A stretch of 64,000 bases of DNA. It comes from a virus. Taxonomy: Duplodnaviria; Caudoviricetes. The stretch's first letter is position 1; the number at the start of each line of letters is the position of its first letter. Shown piece after piece: positions 38,648 through 48,179 of this stretch. The stretch lies in the IMG/VR virus record IMGVR_UViG_3300021400_003144. The stretch is one strand, 5' to 3'. Below the pieces are notes generated by a model that did no database searches, was not told the origin of the DNA, and saw only the letters and a list, made by a program, of their open reading frames with translations. A program made the position numbers and the translations under genes.

Positions 38648-38955
38648 AAGTGTAAATGCAGCCCATGTAAAACGTTTCGAACTCTTGTAGCTTAAGAGGT
38701 GTGCATAATTTAAGTTATGTGCTAACGGATAGGTCTTAGACAAATCCTTGAGAGAGGTTGCGAAAGCTGAAGTTTAAGATGAGTTCCGTGCTAAGTTAAT
38801 CTATATATCATATAGATTATAAAGGTGTACAGACTAGCCGTGATGAGTGTAGCGGCGTAGGGGTGGGATAAGCTCCATCTCCAAGCGGAACGCCCTGTGA
38901 AGGTGTGGACGACCAGAGGGAACATATAGCCGGTGTGAATAGCGATATTCAGACG
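38648..38955 (+). ncRNA. group I self-splicing intron (IA-like, no ORF), 308 nt
   Basis: P1 AUGGGU/GCCCAU with U.G at the 5' site; terminal G 38955; P3 CGUUUCG/CGGAACG; P7 CAGACUA/UAGCCG; P7.1/P7.2 hairpins; removal restores ISPMG-CRAFL. Confidence 0.92.
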
Positions 38956-39921
38956 TGTAGAGCATTTCTTTCACCATATTACGAGCGTGGTGGATTCAAG
39001 CCAGCAGATGAGAATGATAAGCCAGTCTTTGTTGGTAGATTTAATTTAGGCGTAATTAGTTTAAATCTTCCTATGATTTTAGCTAAGTCACGTAGAGAAA
39101 ATAAGGATTTCTATAGTGTATTAGATTATTACCTTAATATGATTAAAGGTTTACTTAAGAGAACATATGATTACATTGGTGAAATGAAAGCATCAAATAA
39201 TCCTTTAATGTTCTGTCAAGGTGGAGCATATGGTGGACATCTTAATCCAGAAGATAAGATTAGACCACTTCTTAAGTATACAACAAGTACATTTGGATAT
39301 ACAGCATTAAATGAGCTTCAGGAATTATATAATGGAAAGAGCATTTATGAAGATGGTAAGTTTGCTCATGAAGTTCTTGAGTACATTAATGATTATATAG
39401 TTGAGAATAAAAAGAAAGATGGAATCAACTACGCAATATATGGAACTCCTGCTGAGAGTTTATGTGGTACTCAGGTTAAACAGTTCCGTTCTCAGTTTGG
39501 AATTGTTCCTAACGTATCTGATAGAGAGTATTTCACTAATAGTTTTCATTGTCATGTAACAGAGGATATAACTCCTACTCAGAAGCAGGATAGTGAAAAG
39601 AGGTTCTGGGATTTATCTAATGGTGGTAAAATTCAGTACGTTAGATACAGAAGTGATAAAAACCTTGAGGCTATAGATGCTTTAGTACAGAGAGCAATGA
39701 AACTTGGTTTCTATGAGGGTGTAAACTTTGATAAGGACTATTGTGAAGATTGTGGACATCAGGGTATAGATTTTGAGAATCATAAGTGTCCAATTTGTGG
39801 TTCAGAGAACATAGTTGAAGTGAACAGAGTTTGTGGATACCTTGGATACACAAAGGTTCATGGTAAGAGCAGAGTAAATGATGCTAAGTTAGCTGAAGAA
39901 GCTGATAGAGTAAGCATGTAA
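38956..39921 (+). CDS. nrdD: anaerobic ribonucleotide reductase, exon 2
   Basis: CRAFL, GRFNLGVISLNLP, TPAESL, NSFH, CEDC/CPIC, glycyl-radical RVCGYLG. Confidence 0.93.
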   Translation, partial: CRAFLSPYYERGGFKPADENDKPVFVGRFNLGVISLNLPMILAKSRRENKDFYSVLDYYLNMIKGLLKRTYDYIGEMKASNNPLMFCQGGAYGGHLNPEDKIRPLLKYTTSTFGYTALNELQELYNGKSIYEDGKFAHEVLEYINDYIVENKKKDGINYAIYGTPAESLCGTQVKQFRSQFGIVPNVSDREYFTNSFHCHVTEDITPTQKQDSEKRFWDLSNGGKIQYVRYRSDKNLEAIDALVQRAMKLGFYEGVNFDKDYCEDCGHQGIDFENHKCPICGSENIVEVNRVCGYLGYTKVHGKSRVNDAKLAEEADRVSM

Positions 39922-39926
39922 GGTTT

Positions 39927-39972
39927 AAAGATAGATTGAGTAACATTAAAGTTATTCAATCTATCTTTATTT
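39927..39972 (+). terminator. intrinsic terminator
   Basis: AAAGATAGATTGA / TCAATCTATCTTT stem. Confidence 0.8.
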
Positions 39973-40109
39973 ATTTCATTGCAATCAGAAAAGAAAATAA
40001 GGAATAACTATATGCATAAAGCTATATTACAATAGACTAAAAGATTATATATAAATCTAAAAAATAGTAGTGGGTATATAAAAATATAATTTTGGGAGGA
40101 TACCTATGA

Positions 40110-40514
40110 ATGAATAAGGACATTGATAAAGCTTTAGAATTTACTAAGACGGTAACACCGAAAATTTTATTTGTAGATATAGTAGTTTTGTTAGCATCTG
40201 AAGATATAATGACAGTACCATGGATAATATTGACAGCAGCTGTGATTTCAAGTATGATATTTACACCTATTATAGATGTAACATATTGCAATAATTATAC
40301 TTTAATAATTATTACAGCACTGATATTATTAATATACTCACAAATAGCAACTATTCTAATAGATATGACTAGTGAATATAAAATATTGCTTAATAGGACA
40401 TTCATGTTGGGTGGGTTATTTATCACACTATTAAATTTAGTACTTGGTGGAATGGCTACAGTGAAAATTATGAAGCTGAAGAAGAAAAATACTGAAGATA
40501 AGGGTAAAGGATAA
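40110..40514 (+). CDS. small multi-pass membrane protein
   Basis: About 4 TM; GGAGG RBS. Confidence 0.7.
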   Translation: MNKDIDKALEFTKTVTPKILFVDIVVLLASEDIMTVPWIILTAAVISSMIFTPIIDVTYCNNYTLIIITALILLIYSQIATILIDMTSEYKILLNRTFMLGGLFITLLNLVLGGMATVKIMKLKKKNTEDKGKG

Positions 40515-40566
40515 TAAACAGTGAGCAAATTTAAAACATTATTTGAATGGAGAGTAAAAGAAGATA

Positions 40567-40932
40567 ATGGACAAAGAGTTAGATGAAGTACTTAGGAGGT
40601 TTAAGAGTAAGCTAATAGGATTTGGAATAATAACTCCATTATTCTTAATATTATTCAGTAATGAGCTAGGAATGGACTGGGCATTAGTAGTAATAGCTCT
40701 TATGATATTTAATTTAGCAATGCCATTTATAGAATTAGAGTATAAGAATTTTGTACTGGGGCTTGTTATTGGAACAGGTACAGTATTCTTAGCATCTAGT
40801 GTTGTTGGTGAACCATTAGCTGGTACTGTAATAAGAATAGGATACATTTTCTTAAGTATAGTAAGTTTAATGTTGGGTGTAGTTTCTTATATTAAGAGAC
40901 TCAATAAAATTAAGAATAAACAAGGTGAGTAA
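40567..40932 (+). CDS. small multi-pass membrane protein
   Basis: About 4 TM, same size and topology as neighbours. Confidence 0.7.
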   Translation: MDKELDEVLRRFKSKLIGFGIITPLFLILFSNELGMDWALVVIALMIFNLAMPFIELEYKNFVLGLVIGTGTVFLASSVVGEPLAGTVIRIGYIFLSIVSLMLGVVSYIKRLNKIKNKQGE

Positions 40933-41287
40933 GAAGATGAAAAAGTTGGATGAAGATGATCTATGGTTAATAGTTTCGATACTGGTGGGTGGAGTAATAC
41001 TTAGTTGTGATAATGCAGACTTAAAGGCAGTTGGTGTTACATTTCATATGTTATTTGTATTTGCTAACATCTTTTTACCTCAAGTGAAAAATAATTGGAT
41101 AGATTTACTAAGACTAATGGTATCAGTATTAATACCAGCTGTAATCATAGGAAGTTTTATTTCATACATTAGTGGTTTTGATAAAAACATAATTGATTTT
41201 GTACTGATGATGTATGCATGCATGGTAGCTACAGTATTCATAATTACAAGATTGATTAGCATTAAATATAATACAACAGAGATTTAA
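40925..41287 (+). CDS. small multi-pass membrane protein
   Basis: About 4 TM. Confidence 0.7.
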   Translation: MSKKMKKLDEDDLWLIVSILVGGVILSCDNADLKAVGVTFHMLFVFANIFLPQVKNNWIDLLRLMVSVLIPAVIIGSFISYISGFDKNIIDFVLMMYACMVATVFIITRLISIKYNTTEI

Positions 41288-41302
41288 AGGAGATATAATA
41301 TT

Positions 41303-41809
41303 ATGATTGAAACTATAGTAGGTTCAGCAATAGGAATCAAACTGATAAACGGAAAGTTCAGACCAAAGTTTGGTATAGGTGCAGTTTTTGCTATGATATT
41401 CTTTGTACTATTATTAATAGCATGCATTGGCATGTTTGTTGTAGGTTTACTGAGTTTTAATAGTCATCTACTGATTGTATCTGTGATTGGGATATTCTCA
41501 GTAGGATATATTTTAGCAATAACTCCATATACTCAGAATCCAAATAATTTTTACATTGAGTTTCCGAATGAGAACTCTTTAGCAGGTTTTCAGTTAAGCT
41601 ATAAAGGAAAACAGGTAGCTGTTAAATATGCTGTTGATAACAATGGTAAAATTGCATTTGCTGACAATAATCACAAATTAGACTGTATATCATATGCTGA
41701 TGGTACAAATATGAGTAATTTAACAAAGTGTAAAATCATTAATTATTTTACTAAATGGTTATATGAAAATAACTTGTTATCAACAAATGTAACAACAGTA
41801 TTTGAGTAA
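41303..41809 (+). CDS. membrane protein
   Basis: Two TM plus soluble domain; AAGGAG RBS. Confidence 0.75.
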   Translation: MIETIVGSAIGIKLINGKFRPKFGIGAVFAMIFFVLLLIACIGMFVVGLLSFNSHLLIVSVIGIFSVGYILAITPYTQNPNNFYIEFPNENSLAGFQLSYKGKQVAVKYAVDNNGKIAFADNNHKLDCISYADGTNMSNLTKCKIINYFTKWLYENNLLSTNVTTVFE

Positions 41810-41952
41810 TGCATTTGAGTTTAATTAAGATGTACCTTTATAATTTTAATGTGCATCTTTTCTATTGATTAAACCTTTAGATAAATAGATTTAAGTATAT
41901 TGATGCTTAGTATTGAGTATTAATATACTTATTTTTTATTTAAAGGGGGATA

Positions 41953-42513
41953 TTGGTTTTGGATAGATTAAATGAATACTTTTTAGATTATGTTGAGCAA
42001 TTTCCAAGCAAGTGCTGTAGTAATGCACCTAGAACATTGTATAAGCAAGAAAGAGACTGGACTTGTAGTATAGCATGCATAAGAACATTATTATCAGCAG
42101 TGCAAGATGAAGTAGAATCTGAAGATGAATTTATAGAAAAATATAAATTTGAGATAGGACCTCATTATTCAAAAGATATACAGGATAAGAGTGTCTTTTC
42201 AGAGTGTTTAAGTGTTATTTATGGATGTAATTGTAAGAATACATCAATAAAACAGCTATTTTCTTATATGGAAGATGGATATTACATAATGGTTGAAAGT
42301 ATGTACAATTATGCTCATTGGTATGCTGTATTAGGTTATTATGTAATAGGAGATGATCCAGAGAAGCATAAAATATCAATATATGACCCATATTACGATG
42401 AAGTAAGGCTTTTAAATGCAGATGAATTTAGTGGTATGTGGCTTGATGGTGACCATGAGAAAACAGGAGTTTATAGAGATTTCATAGCAATTAAAAAAGA
42501 AGCTAAGGAGTAA
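41953..42513 (+). CDS. papain-like (C39-type) cysteine peptidase
   Basis: Q....TCSIAC, HWY.V.GY, IYDPY. Confidence 0.8.
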   Translation: MVLDRLNEYFLDYVEQFPSKCCSNAPRTLYKQERDWTCSIACIRTLLSAVQDEVESEDEFIEKYKFEIGPHYSKDIQDKSVFSECLSVIYGCNCKNTSIKQLFSYMEDGYYIMVESMYNYAHWYAVLGYYVIGDDPEKHKISIYDPYYDEVRLLNADEFSGMWLDGDHEKTGVYRDFIAIKKEAKE

Positions 42514-42523
42514 AAGTGTTAAT

Positions 42524-42557
42524 AAAAGTGGCTGGCTTAGTGCTAGCCACTTTTTTG
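42524..42557 (+). terminator. intrinsic terminator
   Basis: AAAAGTGGCT / AGCCACTTTT. Confidence 0.85.
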
Positions 42558-42601
42558 ATATAAATGTAAATATATTTTTATTTAGTTGGAGGTACACTGC
42601 T

Positions 42602-42907
42602 ATGATGCATATGATAATTCAGATATCTGGTAAAGTTATAGATAGTAGTATTGATATAAAGAATACAAGTGAATTTTATTTAAAAGAGGGAACTAAGAGA
42701 GAAATGTTTACTGAGCTGAGTAAATTACTTAAAGCTGCATCAAGAGCAGGTTTTATTATTCAGGACGAAGAGATAGAGAGAATGGCTAAAGAGGCTGTAA
42801 TGAAAATATTGAGTTCAGACTTTAGAGAGCCTGGAGCACGTCATAAAATAGTTTCAAGAGGTTTAGTTCACATGGGATATATAAAGATATATGCTTTACA
42901 TAAGTAA
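42602..42907 (+). CDS. hypothetical protein
   Basis: GGAGGT RBS. Confidence 0.7.
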   Translation: MMHMIIQISGKVIDSSIDIKNTSEFYLKEGTKREMFTELSKLLKAASRAGFIIQDEEIERMAKEAVMKILSSDFREPGARHKIVSRGLVHMGYIKIYALHK

Positions 42908-42962
42908 ATATGACAGTAAAATAATAGAGTGTAAATAAAATATAATTTTGTAGGTTTGATTT

Positions 42963-44282
42963 ATGAAGAAAGTATTGGGGATGTTAGTTTATACCACATT
43001 AGCATTAGGGGTACTAGGTGGTGTGTTAGGGTATAGTTATAGTAATAGGTTTCTGCCTGGAACTACAATTAATGGTACTGATGTATCTAATTTGGACTTA
43101 GATACAGCTAAAGATTTATCTAATAGAGAGTTCAGTAACAGTTATTATTTAAACATTAAGTTTATAGATAATGTATCAGAGAGAATTAATGGTTCAGATA
43201 TAGATTTGAGTTTAGACTTTAGTAATAATGAAGTAGTACCTCAAGGAATATTAAGTTACATTAATGGTAAAGCTCAAATGAATTTTGATGCAGGCTATAA
43301 ATATAATGAAGATAAGCTGAGAGAAAAGGTTAAATCATTAAAGGAATTTGATGAAGAACTGATGATAAAACCTGTAGATGCCTATATAGCTGATTATGAT
43401 GGTACAGATTATAAAATAGTTCCTGAAACAAAGGGAGATATGTTATATATTGATAAGGCTTGTGATAAAATAGTACAAGCTGTAGATAAACTTGATGAAG
43501 AAGTAAGTTTAATTGATTGTTATAAAGAGGCAGAAGTGAAACAGCAAGATTTAGTTGAGAACAGAGATAAATTGAATAATATGCTTAAAGCAAGCATAAC
43601 ATATACTTTTGATGATGGAAGTAAAGTCATTATAAATAAAGATAGAATAAATAATTGGTTGGATAAAGATACAGCTACTGTTAGAGAGGATAGGGTTAGG
43701 AAGTTCCTTGATACAATAAGAGACCAATATGATACACAGTATAAAAATCAGGCTTTTGTAACTACACGTGGTAGTTTAATAAGAGTGTCAGGTCCTTATG
43801 GATATGTTCTTACAAAAGATGATGAATGTGCTGAGTTAATTAAGAATATAAATGAGGGTGTAACAATAACAAGAGAGCCTATCTGGATAAGAAAAGGTAA
43901 TGACCTTATAAATAAAAGTTACATTGAGGTTAGTTTAAAGGAGCAACATGTTTGGATGTATGTTAATGGAGAGCTAGTTGTAGAAACAGATTGTGTTACT
44001 GGTACAGACAGTAGTGCAGATAGAAGAACAACTCCTGGAATATATCCTATAACATATAAACAATCTCCAGCTACATTAAAGGGTGCAGGATATAGTAGCG
44101 ATGTATCCTATTGGATGCCTTTTAATATGGGTCAGGGTTTGCATGATGCTACATGGAGGTCAAGTTTTGGTGGTAATATATACAAAACAAGTGGTTCACA
44201 TGGCTGTGTAAATTTGCCATTAGACAAAGCAAAAATAATTTATGAACATGCTTGGAAAGGGATGCCAGTAGTAGTTTATTAA
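42963..44282 (+). CDS. L,D-transpeptidase (YkuD) with peptidoglycan-binding domains
   Basis: N-terminal TM, F.PGT.ING.DVS, YIEVSL..QH, T.PG, YWMPF, GLHDA.WR, GSHGCVN. Confidence 0.92.
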   Translation: MKKVLGMLVYTTLALGVLGGVLGYSYSNRFLPGTTINGTDVSNLDLDTAKDLSNREFSNSYYLNIKFIDNVSERINGSDIDLSLDFSNNEVVPQGILSYINGKAQMNFDAGYKYNEDKLREKVKSLKEFDEELMIKPVDAYIADYDGTDYKIVPETKGDMLYIDKACDKIVQAVDKLDEEVSLIDCYKEAEVKQQDLVENRDKLNNMLKASITYTFDDGSKVIINKDRINNWLDKDTATVREDRVRKFLDTIRDQYDTQYKNQAFVTTRGSLIRVSGPYGYVLTKDDECAELIKNINEGVTITREPIWIRKGNDLINKSYIEVSLKEQHVWMYVNGELVVETDCVTGTDSSADRRTTPGIYPITYKQSPATLKGAGYSSDVSYWMPFNMGQGLHDATWRSSFGGNIYKTSGSHGCVNLPLDKAKIIYEHAWKGMPVVVY

Positions 44283-44295
44283 AGGAGGAAAGATT

Positions 44296-44697
44296 ATGAG
44301 TGTAGATACCAGTAGTTATGATTTTATGATGCAGCAGTTAATAGTTCATGTACTATTATTTTTATTTATGAGTTTGCATGTTTGGTTAATCAGAACAGAC
44401 AAGGGTTTGAAGAATTATAAAGAAGGCATTGCATTTTATATTATGTCTGGCGTTTGGTCAATAATTACATTAATTAGAACTGGTTTTGGAATTGCATTAT
44501 ATGATAATGGAAATCCAGTTGCTATTAATGGAATAAGCTTAGAGAAATATATGAGTAATCCAACATTTAAGTATTCTTGGGCAGTTATAATTGGACTATT
44601 TGTATTAACAGAAATGTGTTTAATTAAAGATTCAAAGATTAAAGAAGATAATGATAAGAACAAGAAATTAGATTTAGATACAGAGGCTGGAAGATAA
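44296..44697 (+). CDS. membrane protein
   Basis: Three TM; AAGGAGG RBS. Confidence 0.75.
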   Translation: MSVDTSSYDFMMQQLIVHVLLFLFMSLHVWLIRTDKGLKNYKEGIAFYIMSGVWSIITLIRTGFGIALYDNGNPVAINGISLEKYMSNPTFKYSWAVIIGLFVLTEMCLIKDSKIKEDNDKNKKLDLDTEAGR

Positions 44698-44739
44698 GAG
44701 ACAGATTAAAGATAGATTGAGTTGAGTTTAAACGAGATT

Positions 44740-44788
44740 AAATGAGGTTAATTACATTCTTGTGAGGTTGTAATTAACCTCATTTTTT
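44740..44788 (+). terminator. intrinsic terminator
   Basis: AAATGAGGTTAATTAC / GTAATTAACCTCATTT. Confidence 0.85.
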
Positions 44789-44858
44789 ATTGAAATAAAT
44801 CACTAAAGTAATATTTGATAAATTAAAAGTTTTATTTTGTTTATTTTAAGAGGTTATC

Positions 44859-46766
44859 ATGGGTAGAGAGTTAAATAGGCTACTGAATAAAAAGCTAAGA
44901 CGTGGAACTTTAGATAAAGATGCATATAAAATGATGGGTAAGGCTAAATATGGTATAATGACTAAAGTAATAGCCAAAGAGGTTGGTAAGGATAAGATAA
45001 AGATTTTAAACAAAGAGTATGATATAGATGGGTTTATGCAGGTGAAAGTTGATGATAGCATTGACTATAGTATAAATGCATTTCCATTTGTAATGAATTT
45101 GTTTATTAATACATTGGATTTAATATTTACATATGATGCAAGCTTGCAGAGTAAATTAGGAATAACATTAAATGATTTGCATAAAGACATCAATAAATAT
45201 GTTAGGTTATATTTTGATAGTTGGAAAGATCATAAGGTGCCAAGTGTACTGATAAAGTATCCTATTTACTTTATTATGCCTAATATATACAATAGATTAA
45301 CTCTTGGAGTAGATGAGGATGTAAATGAGGAAAAGCTGTTACAGTTTATGATGCCTCAGCTAGTGGAAGGAAAAGAGAATGTAATAGTAGCAAGCTATTT
45401 GAATTTGTTGATAGACAAGAATATTAATGATAGTGACTTATATAAGACAGAAGAGTCTGCTAGGAAAGAAGCTGAACACCATTATAAATTTAGTAAGGAT
45501 GCTGATGATTTATCAGGGTTACAAACTGCATTGATATTTAAGTGGTCAGCTAAGGCAATAAGAACAATATATAGTGCAGATGAGATTAATAAGAATGTCA
45601 GAATGAAGAACTATCTGCTTTCAGCTGATATAATATCAAGCAGAATAAAGAATTTATTCAGAAGAGGTTCAGTTTTAAAGAAGTTTATGACTGGTAAGAT
45701 AGACCTAGAGGAAACTATCAATTTATATCATAAATCATATAAAACCAGACCTTCAGACTATTTTTATAATTTATATGCAGCTTATAGACTTAGTTATGCA
45801 GATATGGAAAATAGTAATGAAAGTAAAAGCAAGAGCAGACTTAAGGTAATTGATATTACAGTCAATGATACTATTTTAAATAACTGTAATAAGATTTGTG
45901 AATATTATACTAACTCATCTTCAACTTTTTATAAACTGTTGATTAAATGTGATTCAGTTAGGGAGTGTGTTAAGGAGTTTATAGGTAGTAACATAAAGGA
46001 AGAGGTTGAGTCTCTAAAGAATGGATTAGAGTCAAAAAGTAAGACTATTAACAAGCTTAATGAACAGAGTATAAGCTATAATAATAGAATAAGGAGTTTA
46101 GAGAAAGAAAATAGAGAATTAAATAAGTCAATTAAGAAAGTAAATGATTCTGTAGAGTCAGCAAATAAGCTAAAAGATAAAGTAAATACATTAAATTCAA
46201 CTTTGTCAGGCAAGGATAAAGAAATAAAGAGGCTGAACTATGAAAATAAAGAAGCTCATGATGAAATAAATAATTTAAAGAGTGAGATTGATAAGTTAAA
46301 GAAGATTATAGAAGGCTATGAGAGTAAAGAAGATAGTCTCAAAGGAAAAAATGATAATCTCAAAGGAGTTAAAAATGAGTATGAAAAGAGTGAAATAAAT
46401 GAAGAGTGTTTAAGGGCATTAGATGAAGAAGTAACAGATGATAAAGAAGATAGTATCAAAGAAAAGGTTGAACATATCTCAAAGTATAAAATATTAATCT
46501 GTGGTGGATTTGATATAATCAAAAAGAATTTTGAAAGTAAGTATGGATTAAAAGTACTACAAATGACATTTGATAATTGGTTAGATGCAAATAAGAAATT
46601 TGATTATGCTGTAATATTATCAACCACTTGTTCACATAAACAAGTGTTTAATGTTGAAAAGGCTGCTGAAAGAAATAGAGCGAGCGTTTTAATTAGTGGT
46701 AGTACTAATTTGGAGTATATAATAGATTTAATTTATAATAAAATTTTGTTGGAGGAAAAACAATGA
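44859..46766 (+). CDS. coiled-coil protein with C-terminal DUF2325-like domain
   Basis: Long heptad region then KILICGG...DYAVIL.T.CSH......K.A. Confidence 0.7.
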   Translation: MGRELNRLLNKKLRRGTLDKDAYKMMGKAKYGIMTKVIAKEVGKDKIKILNKEYDIDGFMQVKVDDSIDYSINAFPFVMNLFINTLDLIFTYDASLQSKLGITLNDLHKDINKYVRLYFDSWKDHKVPSVLIKYPIYFIMPNIYNRLTLGVDEDVNEEKLLQFMMPQLVEGKENVIVASYLNLLIDKNINDSDLYKTEESARKEAEHHYKFSKDADDLSGLQTALIFKWSAKAIRTIYSADEINKNVRMKNYLLSADIISSRIKNLFRRGSVLKKFMTGKIDLEETINLYHKSYKTRPSDYFYNLYAAYRLSYADMENSNESKSKSRLKVIDITVNDTILNNCNKICEYYTNSSSTFYKLLIKCDSVRECVKEFIGSNIKEEVESLKNGLESKSKTINKLNEQSISYNNRIRSLEKENRELNKSIKKVNDSVESANKLKDKVNTLNSTLSGKDKEIKRLNYENKEAHDEINNLKSEIDKLKKIIEGYESKEDSLKGKNDNLKGVKNEYEKSEINEECLRALDEEVTDDKEDSIKEKVEHISKYKILICGGFDIIKKNFESKYGLKVLQMTFDNWLDANKKFDYAVILSTTCSHKQVFNVEKAAERNRASVLISGSTNLEYIIDLIYNKILLEEKQ

Positions 46767-47275
46767 GATACTTTACAATAGAAGATGAATCAATGGTAAA
46801 TGGACCTGGACTTAGAGAAGTTTTGTGGGTGTCAGGTTGTGAACACCATTGTAAAGAGTGTCATAACCCTGAGACTTGGGATAAAGATGCTGAGGATAGC
46901 AAGGAGTTTGACAATAAGGCAAAGAAAGAGCTGATGGATAAGCTTGATAGAGATTTTATTGATGGTGTGACAATCAGTGGTGGTGACCCATTGGCTCCAT
47001 ATAATAGGGAAGAAGTTGGCAAGATAATAAAGAGTATCAGAAAGAAATTTAAAGATACTAAGACGATTTGGATTTATACAGGATATAAATTTGATGAAAT
47101 TAAGGATTTGGACTTTATTAAACTAGTAGACGTTGTAGTTGATGAAGAGTTTGAGATTGATAAGAAAGATACAAATTTACTTTGGAAAGGGTCAAGTAAT
47201 CAACATCTTGTAAATGTTGCTGAGAGTTTAAAGGCTGGTAAGATTGTTGAGTATAAGCATCTTGGAGTAAAGTAA
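46763..47275 (+). CDS. nrdG: anaerobic RNR activating protein (radical SAM)
   Basis: NGPGLR.VLWVSGCEHHCKECHNPETW, SGGDPL, IWIYTGY, GSSNQ. Confidence 0.95.
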   Translation: MRYFTIEDESMVNGPGLREVLWVSGCEHHCKECHNPETWDKDAEDSKEFDNKAKKELMDKLDRDFIDGVTISGGDPLAPYNREEVGKIIKSIRKKFKDTKTIWIYTGYKFDEIKDLDFIKLVDVVVDEEFEIDKKDTNLLWKGSSNQHLVNVAESLKAGKIVEYKHLGVK

Positions 47276-47350
47276 GATTATAAAATATTATCTCTGATTG
47301 TAAATATATTGGTTTTAAAAAATTTTATAATTAGGAGATAATAAAATAAA

Positions 47351-48151
47351 ATGAAGCACCTTAAATTATTGTTACTGACATTTGGTTTTGTAGTTAATGG
47401 AGTTTTTAGTTCTTTTGCAACAGACTCAACTTTTACTTATGATAGGGTTGTAGGTTTAGAGTTGTTTAATAGTCTTGATGAGAATACTAAGGCAGACTTT
47501 GATAAAAATATATACAATCTACCTAATAGTATGGTAGACCTTCATAAGAGAAAGGGTGGTACACTATATTTTATAGATGGTCAGATTCCGAACTATAATG
47601 ATGGAGCAAGCAGCAGTACATTTGATGATAATGTAATGGGAGTTTGTTATCAGGGTGGTGCACATGACAATGATATTTACATTAGAATTGATAAAGATTT
47701 AGCTAACACAAGTTATTATAGTCATTATTGGAGAACTATTTCTCATGAATATGGACATTTTGCATATAATAATACACTTGATGATTGGACACCTGACATG
47801 AGAAATAAATTGAGTGATGAGTTTAATAGAGTTAAGGATTTAGATTACAAATGTTATAATGAATCTGAGACTTTTGCTCATGAGTATAGCAAGTATGTTG
47901 AAAGTGAGAGTCTTGTATCAGAGGATATGGCTAACTTATTTAGAAAAGTAGAGAACATGATAGCTGAAGAAGATAGTAGTATAACAAAAGCATACAATAT
48001 AGATGAGGCTAGGGTTGAAAATATAGTAGACCATAATGATGATATGATTAGCAATATGTTTGGTAATCAGAGCAACATAAATAGTGAAGAAGATTTAGAT
48101 GATATTATTATATCTATCTTTGGTGATTATCAAACTAACGATGTAAAGTAA
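47351..48151 (+). CDS. secreted zinc metallopeptidase (HExxH)
   Basis: Signal peptide, HEYGH, downstream E.FA. Confidence 0.75.
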   Translation: MKHLKLLLLTFGFVVNGVFSSFATDSTFTYDRVVGLELFNSLDENTKADFDKNIYNLPNSMVDLHKRKGGTLYFIDGQIPNYNDGASSSTFDDNVMGVCYQGGAHDNDIYIRIDKDLANTSYYSHYWRTISHEYGHFAYNNTLDDWTPDMRNKLSDEFNRVKDLDYKCYNESETFAHEYSKYVESESLVSEDMANLFRKVENMIAEEDSSITKAYNIDEARVENIVDHNDDMISNMFGNQSNINSEEDLDDIIISIFGDYQTNDVK

Positions 48152-48179
48152 GGTTAAGGAATTAGGGAGACAGAAGGTA

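Noticed and set aside
38905-38955. ORF-track N-terminus MDDQREHIAGVNSDIQT and the KCKCSPCK tail of ORF 37319 as real protein
   Set aside because: Both are translations of intron sequence; splicing restores the conserved MGCR motif.
38648-38955. Homing endonuclease or intein in nrdD
   Set aside because: The insert is only 308 nt, has in-frame stops and no LAGLIDADG/HNH/GIY-YIG ORF.
47286-47343. Inverted repeat covering the RBS of ORF 47351 as a riboswitch or thermometer
   Set aside because: Imperfect AT-rich stem with no aptamer features; may be a weak terminator and cannot be supported further.
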